A stretch of DNA of 64,000 bases from Mobula hypostoma (Eukaryota): the NCBI RefSeq assembly GCF_963921235.1, contig NC_086097.1, positions 83,082,001 through 83,146,000 on the forward strand. Direction: 5' to 3'. The notes under the pieces were generated by a model that had not been told where the DNA came from, made no database searches, and was given only the letters and a program-made list of their open reading frames with translations. Each line of letters starts with the position of its first letter. The first letter of the stretch is position 1. Made by a program: the position numbers and the translations under genes. This document shows, piece by piece, positions 51,976 to 64,000 of the stretch.

Positions 51976-53299
51976 AGTAATCCTTACAGAAAGCAGAGAG
52001 AGGAAGGTTGGGAAAGATGTATTTCACGGTGGGATACCATTGGAAATGGCAGAAGTTGTGGAGAATGATATATTGGATGTGGAGGCTTGTGGGTGGTAGG
52101 AGAGGACAAGGAGAACCCTTTACCCTTTATGTCAAGGGGGAATGGGAGTGAGGGCAGACATATAGGAAATGAACGAAATGGGCTGAGGCTTTCATTGATA
52201 GCAGTGGAGGGGAAATACTATTTTCTGAAGAAAGAAAAAGAGGATATCTCAGATGCTTTGGAATGGAAAGCCTTGTCAGGAGAACATACGTGGCAGAGAC
52301 AGAACAACTGAGAGAGAGGTCTGACATACTTGCAAGTTACAGGGCGGGAAGAGTTGTAGTCAAGATAACGCTGACAGTCAATGGGTTTGTAAATGATGTC
52401 GGTGGATCATCTGTCTCTGGAGATGGAGAAAGGGAACTCAAAAAGGGGATAGAAGCGTCAGAAATGGGCCAAGTGAATTTGAGGGTTAGGTGAAGTTGGA
52501 AGTGAAGGAAAATCATCCATGAGTGACACATGTGAATAGAGCAATTCCAAGGGTGCACTCCAAATACAACTCCAATGCAAAAATGATAAGTGAATAATTA
52601 AAAGTAAAAGTAATAAATAAGAAAAGTGTGAAAATAAATCAGATAAAAGTAATTTTGATCTTATATAAAGATATGGTTTTGCAGAGATCCTGCTACAGTG
52701 AAGCCATCTGTCTACAGCATATGAAGACTTTTCTACATTATAACTGTGTCAGTAATTTCAAAGCATACTATCGGTTATTAAGGACTCTAGGATACCTAAA
52801 TCATGTTGAAGTCACTATAAAATAGCAATTTATATATGCATTGGACATAAACAAAATAAAAAATATTAAAATTATTCACAGGAGTGACAAGCCAAATTTG
52901 ATACTAAGCCACATTAGGAAATGTCAGTGAATTTAAAATCTTGAGAAACATTATAAAGGAGGAGGGAGAGGCAGTGAAGTTTGAAAAGGGACCTTTTGAG
53001 TATAAGAGCTAAACAGCTAAATACACATTTATATGAATAAGCTTTCTCTTCAATATGTACAACTTTCAGAGAGTAACAGCTGTTGTAATGGAAAGTCAAT
53101 TTTATAGATCTTGACATTTAGCAATAATGAAGTATTCCAAAATGACTGTTTTCATCATAAACCCCTACAGATTAGAGAATGCAGAAGCAACAGCATTATT
53201 GCCATTTCCCTGCCCTGCAGGATACAAGCTGTAATGATGAGGCTCAGAATTCCCACTTATTAAACCGAGCACTGCGGCCTGCCCTGGAGTTCTATTTTA

Positions 53300-54940
53300 C
53301 AATCATCACGAGAGGTCATTCGTCGGTGAGCTTGCGCAAGGTTTAAAAAGGGCTTGGGGCCATTCAAACCTTCTCGGCAAGCTGCAGTCATAATGACCTC
53401 TTGTGCACCAAGCAGGGGACAATAGAAAGAAGCAAGGTGTAAGAGGAGCAGCCATTGTTGGAATGGGCCAGTATTAAAGTGGTCGGGCTTTAGCTGAACA
53501 GGCTTAAGTGAGAAAAGATGCAGGCAAGGGTGGGATAAGTTAGTGTAACATGGGTGATGAATACATGTTGTAACATTGAAGGTGTTATATTTGAATATAC
53601 ACAGTATATGGAATAAGGTACATGATCTTATAATGTGGTTAGGGATTGGCAGATATGACGTTGTGAGCATCACTGATTGTGGCTGAAAGGAGATCATGGC
53701 TGGGAGCTCTACATCCAAGGATACACATTATATTGAAAGGATAGTTAGGTAGGTGGAGGGGGTGTGGAGGCACTGTTGGTAAAAAATGATATCAATTCCT
53801 TAGAAAGAGATCGTGTAGGATTGGAAGCTGTAGAATCTTTGTGGATAGAGTTAAGAAACTGCAAAGGGTGAAAAATACTGATGGAAGTCATATAAAGGCC
53901 TCGGAATAGTCACCAGGATGTGGGATATAGGTTACAATGGGAGATTGAAAAGGTGTGTAATAAGGGCAAAGTTACAACAGTCATAGGGGATTTCAATACA
54001 CAAGTAGATTGGGAAAATCAAATTGGTGCTGGATCCCAAGAAAGAAATTTTGTTGAATGCCTAAGAGATTGCTTCTTACAGCAACTTGTGGTTGAACCCA
54101 CTGGGGAAAAGGCAATTCTCATTGAGTGTTGCGTAATAGACCTGATTTGATTAGGGAGCTTAAGGTAAAGGATTCCTTAGGAGCAGATGATCATAATATG
54201 ATAGAATTGACCCTACAGTTTCAGAGGGAGAAGTTCAAGTCAAATGTGTCAGTTTTGCAGTGGAGTCAAGGGAAATGCAGAGGCATTAGAGAGGAGCAGG
54301 CCAAAGTTTGTTAGAAGGGTAGACTAGCAGGGATGATGGCAGAACACCAATAGCTGGAGTTTCTTGGGATAATTCAGAAGATGCAAAATAGATAAACCCA
54401 AAGATGAAGAACTATTGTAAAGGGAGGATGAGGGAAAATATTGCTGACAAGGGAAGTCAAAGACAGCATAAAAGCAAAAGAGAGGGCACATAATATAACA
54501 AAAATTACTGGGAAGTTAGACGATTGGGAAGCTTTAAAAAACCAACAGGCGGCTACTAAAATAAACCAAAAGGAGGGAAAAGATTAAATATAAAGGTAAG
54601 CTATCCAATAATATAAAAGAGAATACCAAAGGTTTTTTCTGTTATATAAAGAGTAAAAGAAAGTGGATATTGGGGCATTCATTTAGGACAACGATTGGGA
54701 AGAATTTCTTTAGCCAGGGGGTGGTGAATCTTTAGAATTCATTGCCACGTCTCCATGAACAGCCTGGAGGCTAAGCCATTCAGTATATTTAAAGTGGAGA
54801 TTGATGTGTTCTTGATTAGTTAGGACATTAAGAGTTACAGGGAGAAGGCAGGAGATTGGAGTTGAGAGGGATAGCCATGGTGGAATAGCCATGATTGGCC
54901 AACTGGCCTAACTGTGCTCCTATGCCTTATGGTCTTGTTT
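53300..54940 (+). mobile_element. CR1 with 5' region and APE domain but RT deleted
   Basis: VIGDFNTQVDW, DDHNMIE; at ~54680-54700 it jumps to aatttctttagccag and the 3'UTR. Confidence 0.85.
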
Positions 54941-57900
54941 TTACTGTCTTTACACCATAAAGTCCTGTATACATTTGTGAATGGCCATTTAACAATCAAA
55001 TTACAAGTAACTTTTTTTCTATACCTTTTTAAGATAGTCTTGCACATAAATAAATTTAGCAAACAACACCCAATCTTTAAATACTTTCCCATTTATATCC
55101 TTGTGATACCAGCACACTGAAGCTATCATATGTAATGCCTTAAGGCACCCTTCACATAACCAACCTGCAAAAACGTCCCTGTCCAATTGGACCCATTCTT
55201 GTTCATGGTAGGTCCTTCAAAGATGATCCTTCTCTCAGTATAGCTAGTTGTTATTACACAAAAGCAAGCTGCTATGATCCAGATATCAGAAATCTGAATT
55301 AATACCAGGATATTATTCAGCAGGTCGGGCAGCATCTGTGGAGTGAGTAAGCAAGTTAACACCTCAAGTCAACAATCTTTAAACTTGATTTCTTTAAATT
55401 AGTAATCAGTTATTCTGGAAAACATACTTGGAATATTTCAGGCCTATGATATCCTAAAATGTCTTCTCTGGTTATGATTGTATTGAATGCCTTGGTGTAA
55501 ACTTTTTCTTTATAATGAAACTCTCAGATTTAATTCAAGCTATGAAATGATTTTCAGTTGTTAAAACTATGCTTCAGCTCAGTGTAGATTTCTGAAACCT
55601 ACATCCTGATTTTAAATCTGGGGTGAGTTATTTCTGGGCTCAGGAAGGCTGTGGTGGGTAGATCCTCGAGTACCTTCTTCACAAATCCAGAGGGAAATAG
55701 CAACTGGCCAGCAAATGCTGGAGCACTATAGGAATAAGGATGTCTAGTTGTAGAGAGTTCTGATGAGCCTTCTATACATGGGAACAAAGGAAAACCCTGC
55801 TCAAAAATCCTCAGCATCTCTTGTGAAACATGAAGGAACACTCTTCTAGCATTTAACCCTCAAGGAAAGTAAAAGAAAAAGAGATATACCTTCCTTTTTG
55901 ACACAATTTTAGTCATTTTTTTATTGGATTATCCTGGCAGGAGAGCAACAATTGGATCAATGCAGGCACATCTTTGGAGCAAGTTGAACCACCACCAACA
56001 AACACAGTTTCCACCTGACACGCAGGATTTAATTTGACATTCTACCATAGTGAACTAAAATAGCAATATTCATGGGAATTTTTGTTTTGAAAGAACATCT
56101 CTTGTCATTACTTCAATTTATTCCTGCTTGAGAAGGTCAATGGGTCTTCTTTCTTTAGATGAGGGTTCTCTGGTTAAAGTTGTATCATTAAAATTAAAAT
56201 TAATAGTTATTAGCTAATAACTATAAACTGTAAATCAAAAAAATTGGTAGCAGAAATAGTAACCCCTTCCCCCACCCTGAACCCTCCATCTAAGCAGTTG
56301 ACATTGAAAATATTTGTCCAGCATCCAGCTGTGTGTTAAATCTAACACATAAGGTAGACTCTGATTATTTTTTAAATAGGAAGGAACATATGATTGTAAT
56401 TAGAACAATTCCAGTATCTTGCAGTGTCATATGTTACCCAGCCTTCACCGCTGCAAGGCGTAAATGTTATATTTTCAAATATGACTTTCCAGTTACTAAT
56501 TAGTTTAAAAAGGTACCAAATGTATAAACCTTCTCTGGCTATATTTTACCCACAGTTTACACACTTCTCAATCAAAATGTTATGAGGCTTTGGAAGTTAA
56601 TTAACATTCTGGAAGGAATGCAAGAAATGTGAAACAAATGTTGTTATTAGAGTATAAACTTTAACACATGGAAGTTAAAGTTAAGTTAAAAGGCCACATC
56701 CTTGTGTTGGTACACACAAGAGGAAATTAAGTGAAAGAAAACCTGAATATCTTTTGTTAAACTGTGATAAATTTCAATTGCAATATTAAGTACCAAACTT
56801 GAAAACTGACTTGCTTTCTGTTCCCATCAGCCTCCAATTTCACTTTGGAAAAACCTTATTATTAAATGAAAATTGGTTTCTGTAATATTAATAGGACCTG
56901 TTTCTCTCCAGGTCAGAAGTCCCAAAATGACTAAAAGTCCCATAAGTTGGATAAAACAGGGAACTCCCCATCAAGTTCTTTAAAAATTATGATCCTTGTA
57001 TGATTATGTGTGGTGGCTTTCTAAATAATTTCAGAGCTTTTTCTCCTTCACTTGATTGAGCACCCCTCCACGTTGTGTGTCATCTTTGGGCAGCTTTGTT
57101 CAGATGGGCAAACAGTTGATGGAAAAGGTAAAGCAAGTAAGTGTGCCTGTTTAAGAATAGAAGATAAAGTGGTTTCATCTAGCCACATGGTCTTACAAGC
57201 TGGAATCAATATATTAGACATCTATGTAAAGATGTATCTAAAGGGAACTGAATCTGTGCTAGGTTGGTTGTTGCACTAAAGGCTGATGCTATCAAGGTCA
57301 CCAGCATGCATATCTTCTTCACTGCAGCTTTTACTGGGTTGCTATAGAGCAACTCACAAAGTCAGAATAAGTGTGTATTCATTAGATTGGGATTTCACAA
57401 AAATTAATGGTTAAGAAATTGCAAAAGTAAGTTAGGATAGTGAGGATCAAATTTCCATGCTTCTTTGCACAACGCTAAAAAATATATCTAGTACTGGCTT
57501 CATCCACAAAATCAGTCGCACTACAGAATGTTTCCACTAACTGAGATCATTTGTGTACTTTCAACAATAATCATAAAATTATGAATTTGTTAGATGCATC
57601 AACATTACTATGTATATTGAAAACCTTTTGATATTGGAAGTATTTAATCTACAAAAATATTGACTGCTGTACTCCAGTGAAATATTATAATTAAAATAGA
57701 CCCACAGGTGGATGACCAAACAGCCATATTAAGATTACCATCATTTTCTGATTAACTTATTTCCATTATCCAGTTTCATGTTATAATGAAACTGCATTCG
57801 GTTGCTATTCCAAAAAGTGTTGATTTTTTATAAATTTCAGAATTGGTCTGATTTGTACAAACCTTTGTAGATCAAATGCATACAAATATGAGCTATAAAT

Positions 57901-59329
57901 CAATTCATAAATCTAAATAGCATTTTTCTGGTTTGATGGTTGAACTCTACTCCTTAGCGTATGCAATTTTAAATATAGTGAGGCTTAGGCAGAACAAAAA
58001 TGTACCTACAGCATTTTACGCTAGTTTAGTTCAGAGGCTAATTATTAGCTGACTGTCTGCACTTTGCAGACTGTTCAGACAGTAATTTCATATCTTCAAC
58101 CAATATAGCATTTATGAAGGGAAGGGCATACATCTGTTGCATTTCATTACTTGCTATGTGAAAAATTTTACAGTAAGTCATTTTATGGAAAATATGTGTC
58201 TTCTATCTGTAATCTTGTTACAACTGTAGTAACAAAATACTGAAATTAAAATAGGTAGAATTATATCTAAACCTTTATTAGGTATTTAACCAAAAACATT
58301 TGAGAACATTTTTGGAAATTCTTCACATAAAAATGTTATTTATGTAACATCAATTATGTTACAACTCTTCATATAAATTTAAACATGTATCATGACTACA
58401 ACACTTCATTAAGCACTGCACATAATAATCTGAAGAAACCTTTAGATAGAGCAAATTTTTCTGAACACCATCTTTTTGACTTTTCCCTCTATTCTTAAAG
58501 CTATTCTTTCTACAAAAATAGTTCTTTTGGCTCCCATATAATATCCATTTTAAAACTTGCCCTGGCTACACATACCACAAGTCTGTTTCCTTTTCTGTAA
58601 AATAAATCTACTTGACTTCCTTTCTTACTAGTTACTTCCTCGTTTTTAATTCTCACTTATTTGCTGTTCATGCCATAATGTTTTGCCTGGATCTGCTTTG
58701 TGAAGTCTCTTTCATAACATTGAAAATTTCAAGACAAAATTCAAGTTTTCTTTTCCAACCTTGGCTGCTCAATCCAATGCAACAATTTAATGATCAAAGC
58801 TTCATATTGTACATTAGATGAAAACTGGCCAATATAATGATCCAGATGGAGTTGCTGCCATTCCACAAGTGGGTTTTGACACCTCTATATAAATTTCTCA
58901 GTTGAAATATTCCATGTAATTCAGCAGCAAATCCTGTGAAGTACCCTGCAAGTATATTTGGATACCTCCTCTCAGATTTTGCCCCTGAAGAAGAGATGGT
59001 GCAATATTCTGAAATCCATTTGTTTCACTCAGTATTTTATGGCTAGTAAGAGAAAAAAAGAATCCAGTTACAATCTTTTTAATTATTTACTTAGTAATGT
59101 TTTTATTTTAATATGTTTTTTTAATTTTTAAAAAATACTTTGCTTTATTTGGACCTCAGTCTCTGAGTGTGCATAAGTACAGAGGACTTGTAGACTGAGA
59201 TTGGAGTGATTTTGTTCCTGGGCTAGAAGTAATAGAATCTGAAAACTTTGCACTCATCCTATGCACTGTATTAGCTCTACTGGGGAGACAGGTGGAAGTG
59301 ACATGAAATATTGCAGTCAAAATCAAATT

Positions 59330-59890
59330 TTGTTGAGTTTGAGAGAAAGGTTGTTATTGTGGCACCATTCAACCTGAATTCAAACTCCCTCCAATATGCT
59401 GAGTCTTCACAACCTTTAATTCGGCCAACAACAGTGGTGTCATCGGCAAACTTAAATATGGTATTGGAGCTGTACTTACAATATCCCTCACAGTCATAAA
59501 TATAAGTCCAGTAGACCAGAGGGCAAAGCACACAGCCTTGTGGTACTGACGGTGATTGTGGGGGAGCTGCTGTTGCCAATCCGAACTGACTGGGGTCTGC
59601 CAGTAAGGAAATCAAGGTTCCAATTGCACAAGGAGGAATCGAGGCCTAGATCTTGGAGCTTATTGATTGATTTTTGAGGGGATGATAGTACTGAATGCTG
59701 AGCTGTAGTCAATGAAGAACATCCTGATATATGCATCTTCTCTGTCCAGATGTTCCAGGGTTGAGTGAAGAGCCAATGAAATGGAATCTGCCATTGACCT
59801 GGTGTGACGATAGACAAATTGGAGTGATGCAAGTCACTCCTCAGTCAGAAGTTGATATGTTTCATGACCAACTTCTTAAAGCACTCAAAG
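59330..59890 (-). mobile_element. Rex1/Babar RT fragment
   Basis: [46 protein letters not shown]. Confidence 0.85.
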
Positions 59891-60759
59891 CAGTGAGGAA
59901 GATTCAGATTTCAATTGGTAGAATGAAGCTTGCTTGACTTTATTCTGCATCATTGAAGACTTGATTCCAAGTAAGTTGAAGTAGCACCATCTCAAATGAC
60001 TCTAGAAATAAGCCAGTGTAATGCAGCAGCACAGAATATCTTGAAAAGAAGGATTTAGAAACCTAAATATTACTGTAGTCATTTTTAAGGAGACACATAC
60101 ATAACACGGTGATTTGTTACAATTTTGTCTCCTATTTTCATGAGGCCATCAACCAGTTAAAAATAGAGGTCAGTGGACTTTTACACTAACACGTAAAATA
60201 TGTTTGTGAAATATTGTTTAGAAATTACGCTAAACAATATTTTACAAACTGATACAAAGGTTTTTGGTTAAAAGTTACTATGAGTAAAATTAACAAGGTT
60301 CTGTAAATTCTGCTATGCAAGCCGTGAAAGCAAAATGAATGTATTCAAAATATGGCACACTCGATGCCCTTTATTGCAAATAAATATGTTACCGTGAAGT
60401 TAGTATCTTTTTAGCAGTTCACTGTCCTGGCTGTCCTCACAACACTAGCTCTCTGTTAATTGCTTTCTCTCAATCTATCCTTAATTTAGTCTTCAGAAAG
60501 CTGAACATATTCCTCCATAACAACCACACCTTAAAGGATTGTTTCAGGTTTAATCTTGTGCGAGGTTAATTTATTACTTTAAAATAATTGATATCAGTAT
60601 GATCTAGATGTATTTACCATTCGGGTCATATCTGAAACGTATGACTTCATTTGTCAATGGCTTTGCAGAGAAAATAAATAATGTCATATTGGAAATTCTT
60701 GATTATGAGACCATCTGATTCACAATGTTAATTTCATTTTAGAGCTAACTAGTTCAAAG

Positions 60760-60990
60760 GGACAGTGCTGACTCTGTTGCTTCCAAATTCTCCCTGTGAC
60801 TTCAGAGTCTTTTCCCACATTCCACAGATACAAAGGTGTTAGGTTAATTGGTCACTGTAAATTTCCTTACTGTACTTGGATGGTAGAATTGATGGGAATC
60901 TGTAGAAAATCAGTAACAAGGAAAATCAGTAGAGTTATGGAATGACACCATGAGCCCCCAGCATTGAGTCAATACGTCAAATGGCCTTGA
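60760..60990 (+). mobile_element. Degenerate V-type SINE
   Basis: ttctccctgtgac...ttcccacattcc...aggttaattggtcactgtaaatt. Confidence 0.5.
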
Positions 60991-61589
60991 GCATTCATAA
61001 GGAAATAGGAAAAGTTTCACTGCATTTCTAATAATAGAACTTCTCACAGCTTAAAGGCATATAGGCTAAAAGGATAATTGTATAAAGTTTCAAGTGTTCC
61101 AGATTTAAATAATTGGGTTAATTCAGTTCTGATAGAAGAAGCCAATTTAGAAAAAATATATATTTGTCTAGAATATAATGTACTGACTATTTACTTTGTC
61201 TCATTTCAGGCTCCCTTCTCTGGTCATCTCCTTGGATGCTGACCTACATTTGCTCTGTGTTAAGCAATGATTTGATTTTAAAATTCTCATCCTTGCTTTT
61301 AATGCTGTCCATAACCCCGAGCCTCCTGACAAAGGATTGGAGGGGTACACAGAGGGTTATTGCCTTGGAAGAAGTTACAAAAGTTTCTTCCAAGCCAATA
61401 ACCCTCAGTGTACTCCAATTCTTTTCTTTTAGGCATCCCCACTTTTAATCAATTCACCACTGGTAGGCTTCAGCTCTATAGATCTTAAACTCTGAAATCC
61501 TATCCCCAAATCTCTATATTTCTGTATTTTCCATACTCCTTTAAAAATTTGATTGGAAACAACACTTTGATTTATAATACATGCAGTAC

Positions 61590-62470
61590 AATACCCAATA
61601 GTTAAATATACTCTTCGAATATGGTTTCAGTTTCGAAAATTTTTTGGACTGAATCAATTTATTTTAACTAGCCCTATTATATCCAACTTTCTTTTTCAAC
61701 CTTTTTTGGATCAAGCATATTTGGTCTGGAAAACAAAGGGTATATAATACATTTTTCTGATTTATTTTCAGATAATTGTTTTATGTCTTTTGAACAATTA
61801 TCTCATAAATATAATTTACCTAGATCACATTTTTTTAGATATTTACAGATTAGAAACTTTTTAAATACTGTTCTTACTACCTTTCCGATTTCATATTCCA
61901 CTGATATATTGGAAAAAATTTTGGATTTAAACCTTTTTCAGAAAGGTTCAATAGCAATTATTTATAATATGACACAGAAAATAAATCCAGATGTTTCCAA
62001 TACAATTAAGAATGACTGGGAAAAGGAACTTAAGCTTACCTTACCTACTGAGAAATGTCAAAAAAATTTTCAATTGGTTAACTCTTCCTCTATTTGTGCT
62101 AAACATGCATTGATACAGTTTAAAGTTGTACACAGGGCTTATATGTCCAAGGATAAACTAGCTCGTTATTACTCTCATATAAACCCTGTATGTGATAGAT
62201 GTCATTCTGAGATAGCTTCATTAACTCATATGTTTTAGTCTTGTCCTTTATTGAAGAAATATTGGGACAACGTTTTTGGTATTATTTCCACCTTCTTGAA
62301 TATTGATTTACAACCTCATCCTATTACTGCCATTTTTGGTTTACCAATGATAGAAAAACATTATTTGACCTCTTCAGTTTGTCGGATGATTGCTTTTGTT
62401 ACTTTAATGGCTAGAAGATCTATATTATTGAATTGGAAAGAGATTAATCCTCCTACTACATTTCATTGGT
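61590..62470 (+). mobile_element. L1-clade LINE ORF2 C-terminal fragment (CCHC region)
   Basis: SFEQLSHKYNLPRSHFFRYLQIR; IQFKVVHRAY; CDRCHSEIASLTHMF*SCP; ARRSILLNWK. Confidence 0.88.
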
Positions 62471-63055
62471 ACGCGAACTGCAGGGGGTTCAGTGAGGGGG
62501 GCAGCAGGATCGTGATGTGCCTCATGATGAGCCTCTTGAAACACTTCATGATGATGGATGTGAGTGCGATGGGACAGTAATCGTTGAGGCAGGACACTGA
62601 AGACCTCTTTGGCACGGGACGATGGTGGCGGTCTTGATGCACGTAGGAACGACGGCGCTGCTCAGGGAGATGTTGAAGATGTCAGTGAGAGTCTCAGCTA
62701 GCTGGTCTGCACATCCTCTAAGCACTCTGCCAGGAATATTGTCTGGTCCAGCAGCCTTCCATGGGTTGACCCTGCACAGGGTTCTCCTCACATCGGCCAC
62801 GGTAAGACACAGCACCTGGTCATTTGGAGGAGGGGTGGTCTTCCTCGCCGCCATATCACTTTCCGCCTCAAAACAATCGTAGAAGTTATTCAATGCATCT
62901 GGGAGGGAGGCATCACCGGCACAGGCAGGTGGTATTGTCTTGGAATTGGTGATGTCCTGGATGCCCTTCCACATGTGTCGCGTGTCGCCGCTGTCCTGGA
63001 AGTGGCTGTGGATTCGCTGGGCGTGTGCACGCTTTGCCTCTCTGATGGCCCTCTG
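62470..63055 (-). mobile_element. Relatively young, CpG-rich Rex1/Babar ORF fragment
   Basis: [33 protein letters not shown]...KTATIVP; many CpGs retained. Confidence 0.9.
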
Positions 63056-63269
63056 AGTGAAGTTAAACAATGGAACTTTATAGTTCTCTCCTCCAGACTT
63101 GTCTAGCTATGCTATCAAATTTATTGAAAGGCAAAGACAATAAAAATGCATCGACTTAAATGTAAAAACACCCTGAAATGGCACAAATAAAATTATTTAT
63201 AACAAGCAGAATAATGCCGCCATGGACAAGCAGAATAAAAATAAAATTACTTATAGCAAGCAGAATAAC

Positions 63270-63532
63270 GCCACCATGGACAGTCCCAAGCCTGGCTACG
63301 AAAGGAGGATAGAAAAGGAGGAAAGGAGGAAAGGGGCTAGCAAACCCATCCCGTTAAAAAACCAGTGCTACAGAAACACCAACAGAGACTCTAAATAACT
63401 CATCCCTGGGAGAGGGAGGAAGATGGGCTACACCTGAAGACAACTGAAAGACTGGCCCAGGACAGAGGACTCTGGCGAGCTACTGTTGGCAGCCTATACC
63501 CCAGTAGGGGTGAAGGGGCTTAAGAGAGAAGG
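63270..63532 (+). mobile_element. Non-autonomous bipartite RTE (Expander-like) element
   Basis: 5'UTR-like cagtcccaagcctgg...ggggctagcaaacccatcccgttaaaa fused to LAQDRGLWRATVGSLYPSRGEGA*; TSD AGCAGAATAAC 63259-63269/63533-63543. Confidence 0.78.
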
Positions 63533-64000
63533 AGCAGAATAACCTTTAAAGTACGCAGCCTAAACATTCATCTGGTAGCAAATCACTGTATAACCACAAT
63601 AAATCACAAGCTTTCAACATGTAAATAATTATAAGACAGTAGATTCGGTTTTCATGTTATTTGATACTCCATGATAGTTGAGTACATTTTCCTTGGAATG
63701 GCTATGGAATTGAAAATAAAAGTAACAAAATATATCTCCGGTGTCAGAGAAGCCTCCTGCTGCTCTGAGACATGGTTAGTGCATAAATATTCTGACGCAG
63801 AAATGTGCACATACACTGCCGTGGAATTTAAATGCACTCCAAATGTACGTAGAAATAAAAAAAATTTGAATGTTGTTTAAATCAAGGTTACCGTTTTTGT
63901 CTAGCTTGTTGCAAAATTACAATTTATATCAGTTTTAGGCAGTCAGCAAATTTATTGAAAATATATTGAGATCTTGAATGGTAAAGGATAATCAACAGAA

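Larger units (their letters stand above)
50270..52535 (-). mobile_element. Penelope-like element ORF fragments (50270-50392 GIY-YIG; 51980-52535 RT thumb/linker) split by a Tc1
   Basis: LLEISETQCRLKDHLVEYLCSV resembles YIGETxRRLxDRFxEHL; LKFTWPISDASIPFL; RVLLVLSYHP. Confidence 0.75.

Noticed and set aside
58741..58885. Short minus-strand open frame (CQNPLVEWQQLHLDHY...)
   Set aside because: Weak acceptor, unrecognised peptide, length expected by chance

Overview
Eukaryotic, AT-rich, repeat-dense DNA. The repeat repertoire points to a cartilaginous fish, probably a ray (inference): CR1/HER1-type LINEs, HE1/V-type SINEs, Rex1/Babar, RTE, L1/Tx1, Penelope-like elements (PLEs) and IR/DR-type Tc1. 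I recognise no intact host protein-coding gene, rRNA, tRNA or CRISPR array, so the window looks intronic or intergenic. The ORFs I can assign are broken transposon ORFs; the rest look like chance ORFs. Most notable: (i) a family of PLE 3'-end insertions carrying a minimal type-I hammerhead ribozyme (CUGANGA-stem-GAAAC/GUC), several with target-site duplications (TSDs), several with 5' ends at the ribozyme core and several in inverted arrangements, including a ~280-bp-arm hairpin inserted as one event; (ii) two Tc1 elements with a very similar 5'UTR/N-terminus but different TIR spacers and C-termini (possible chimera); (iii) a twin-priming-like 5' inversion in a CR1; (iv) bipartite non-autonomous RTE elements, tiny hAT and pogo MITEs, and several nested insertion stacks. 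Family assignments come from motif recognition by eye, not database searches, and boundaries of old elements are approximate.
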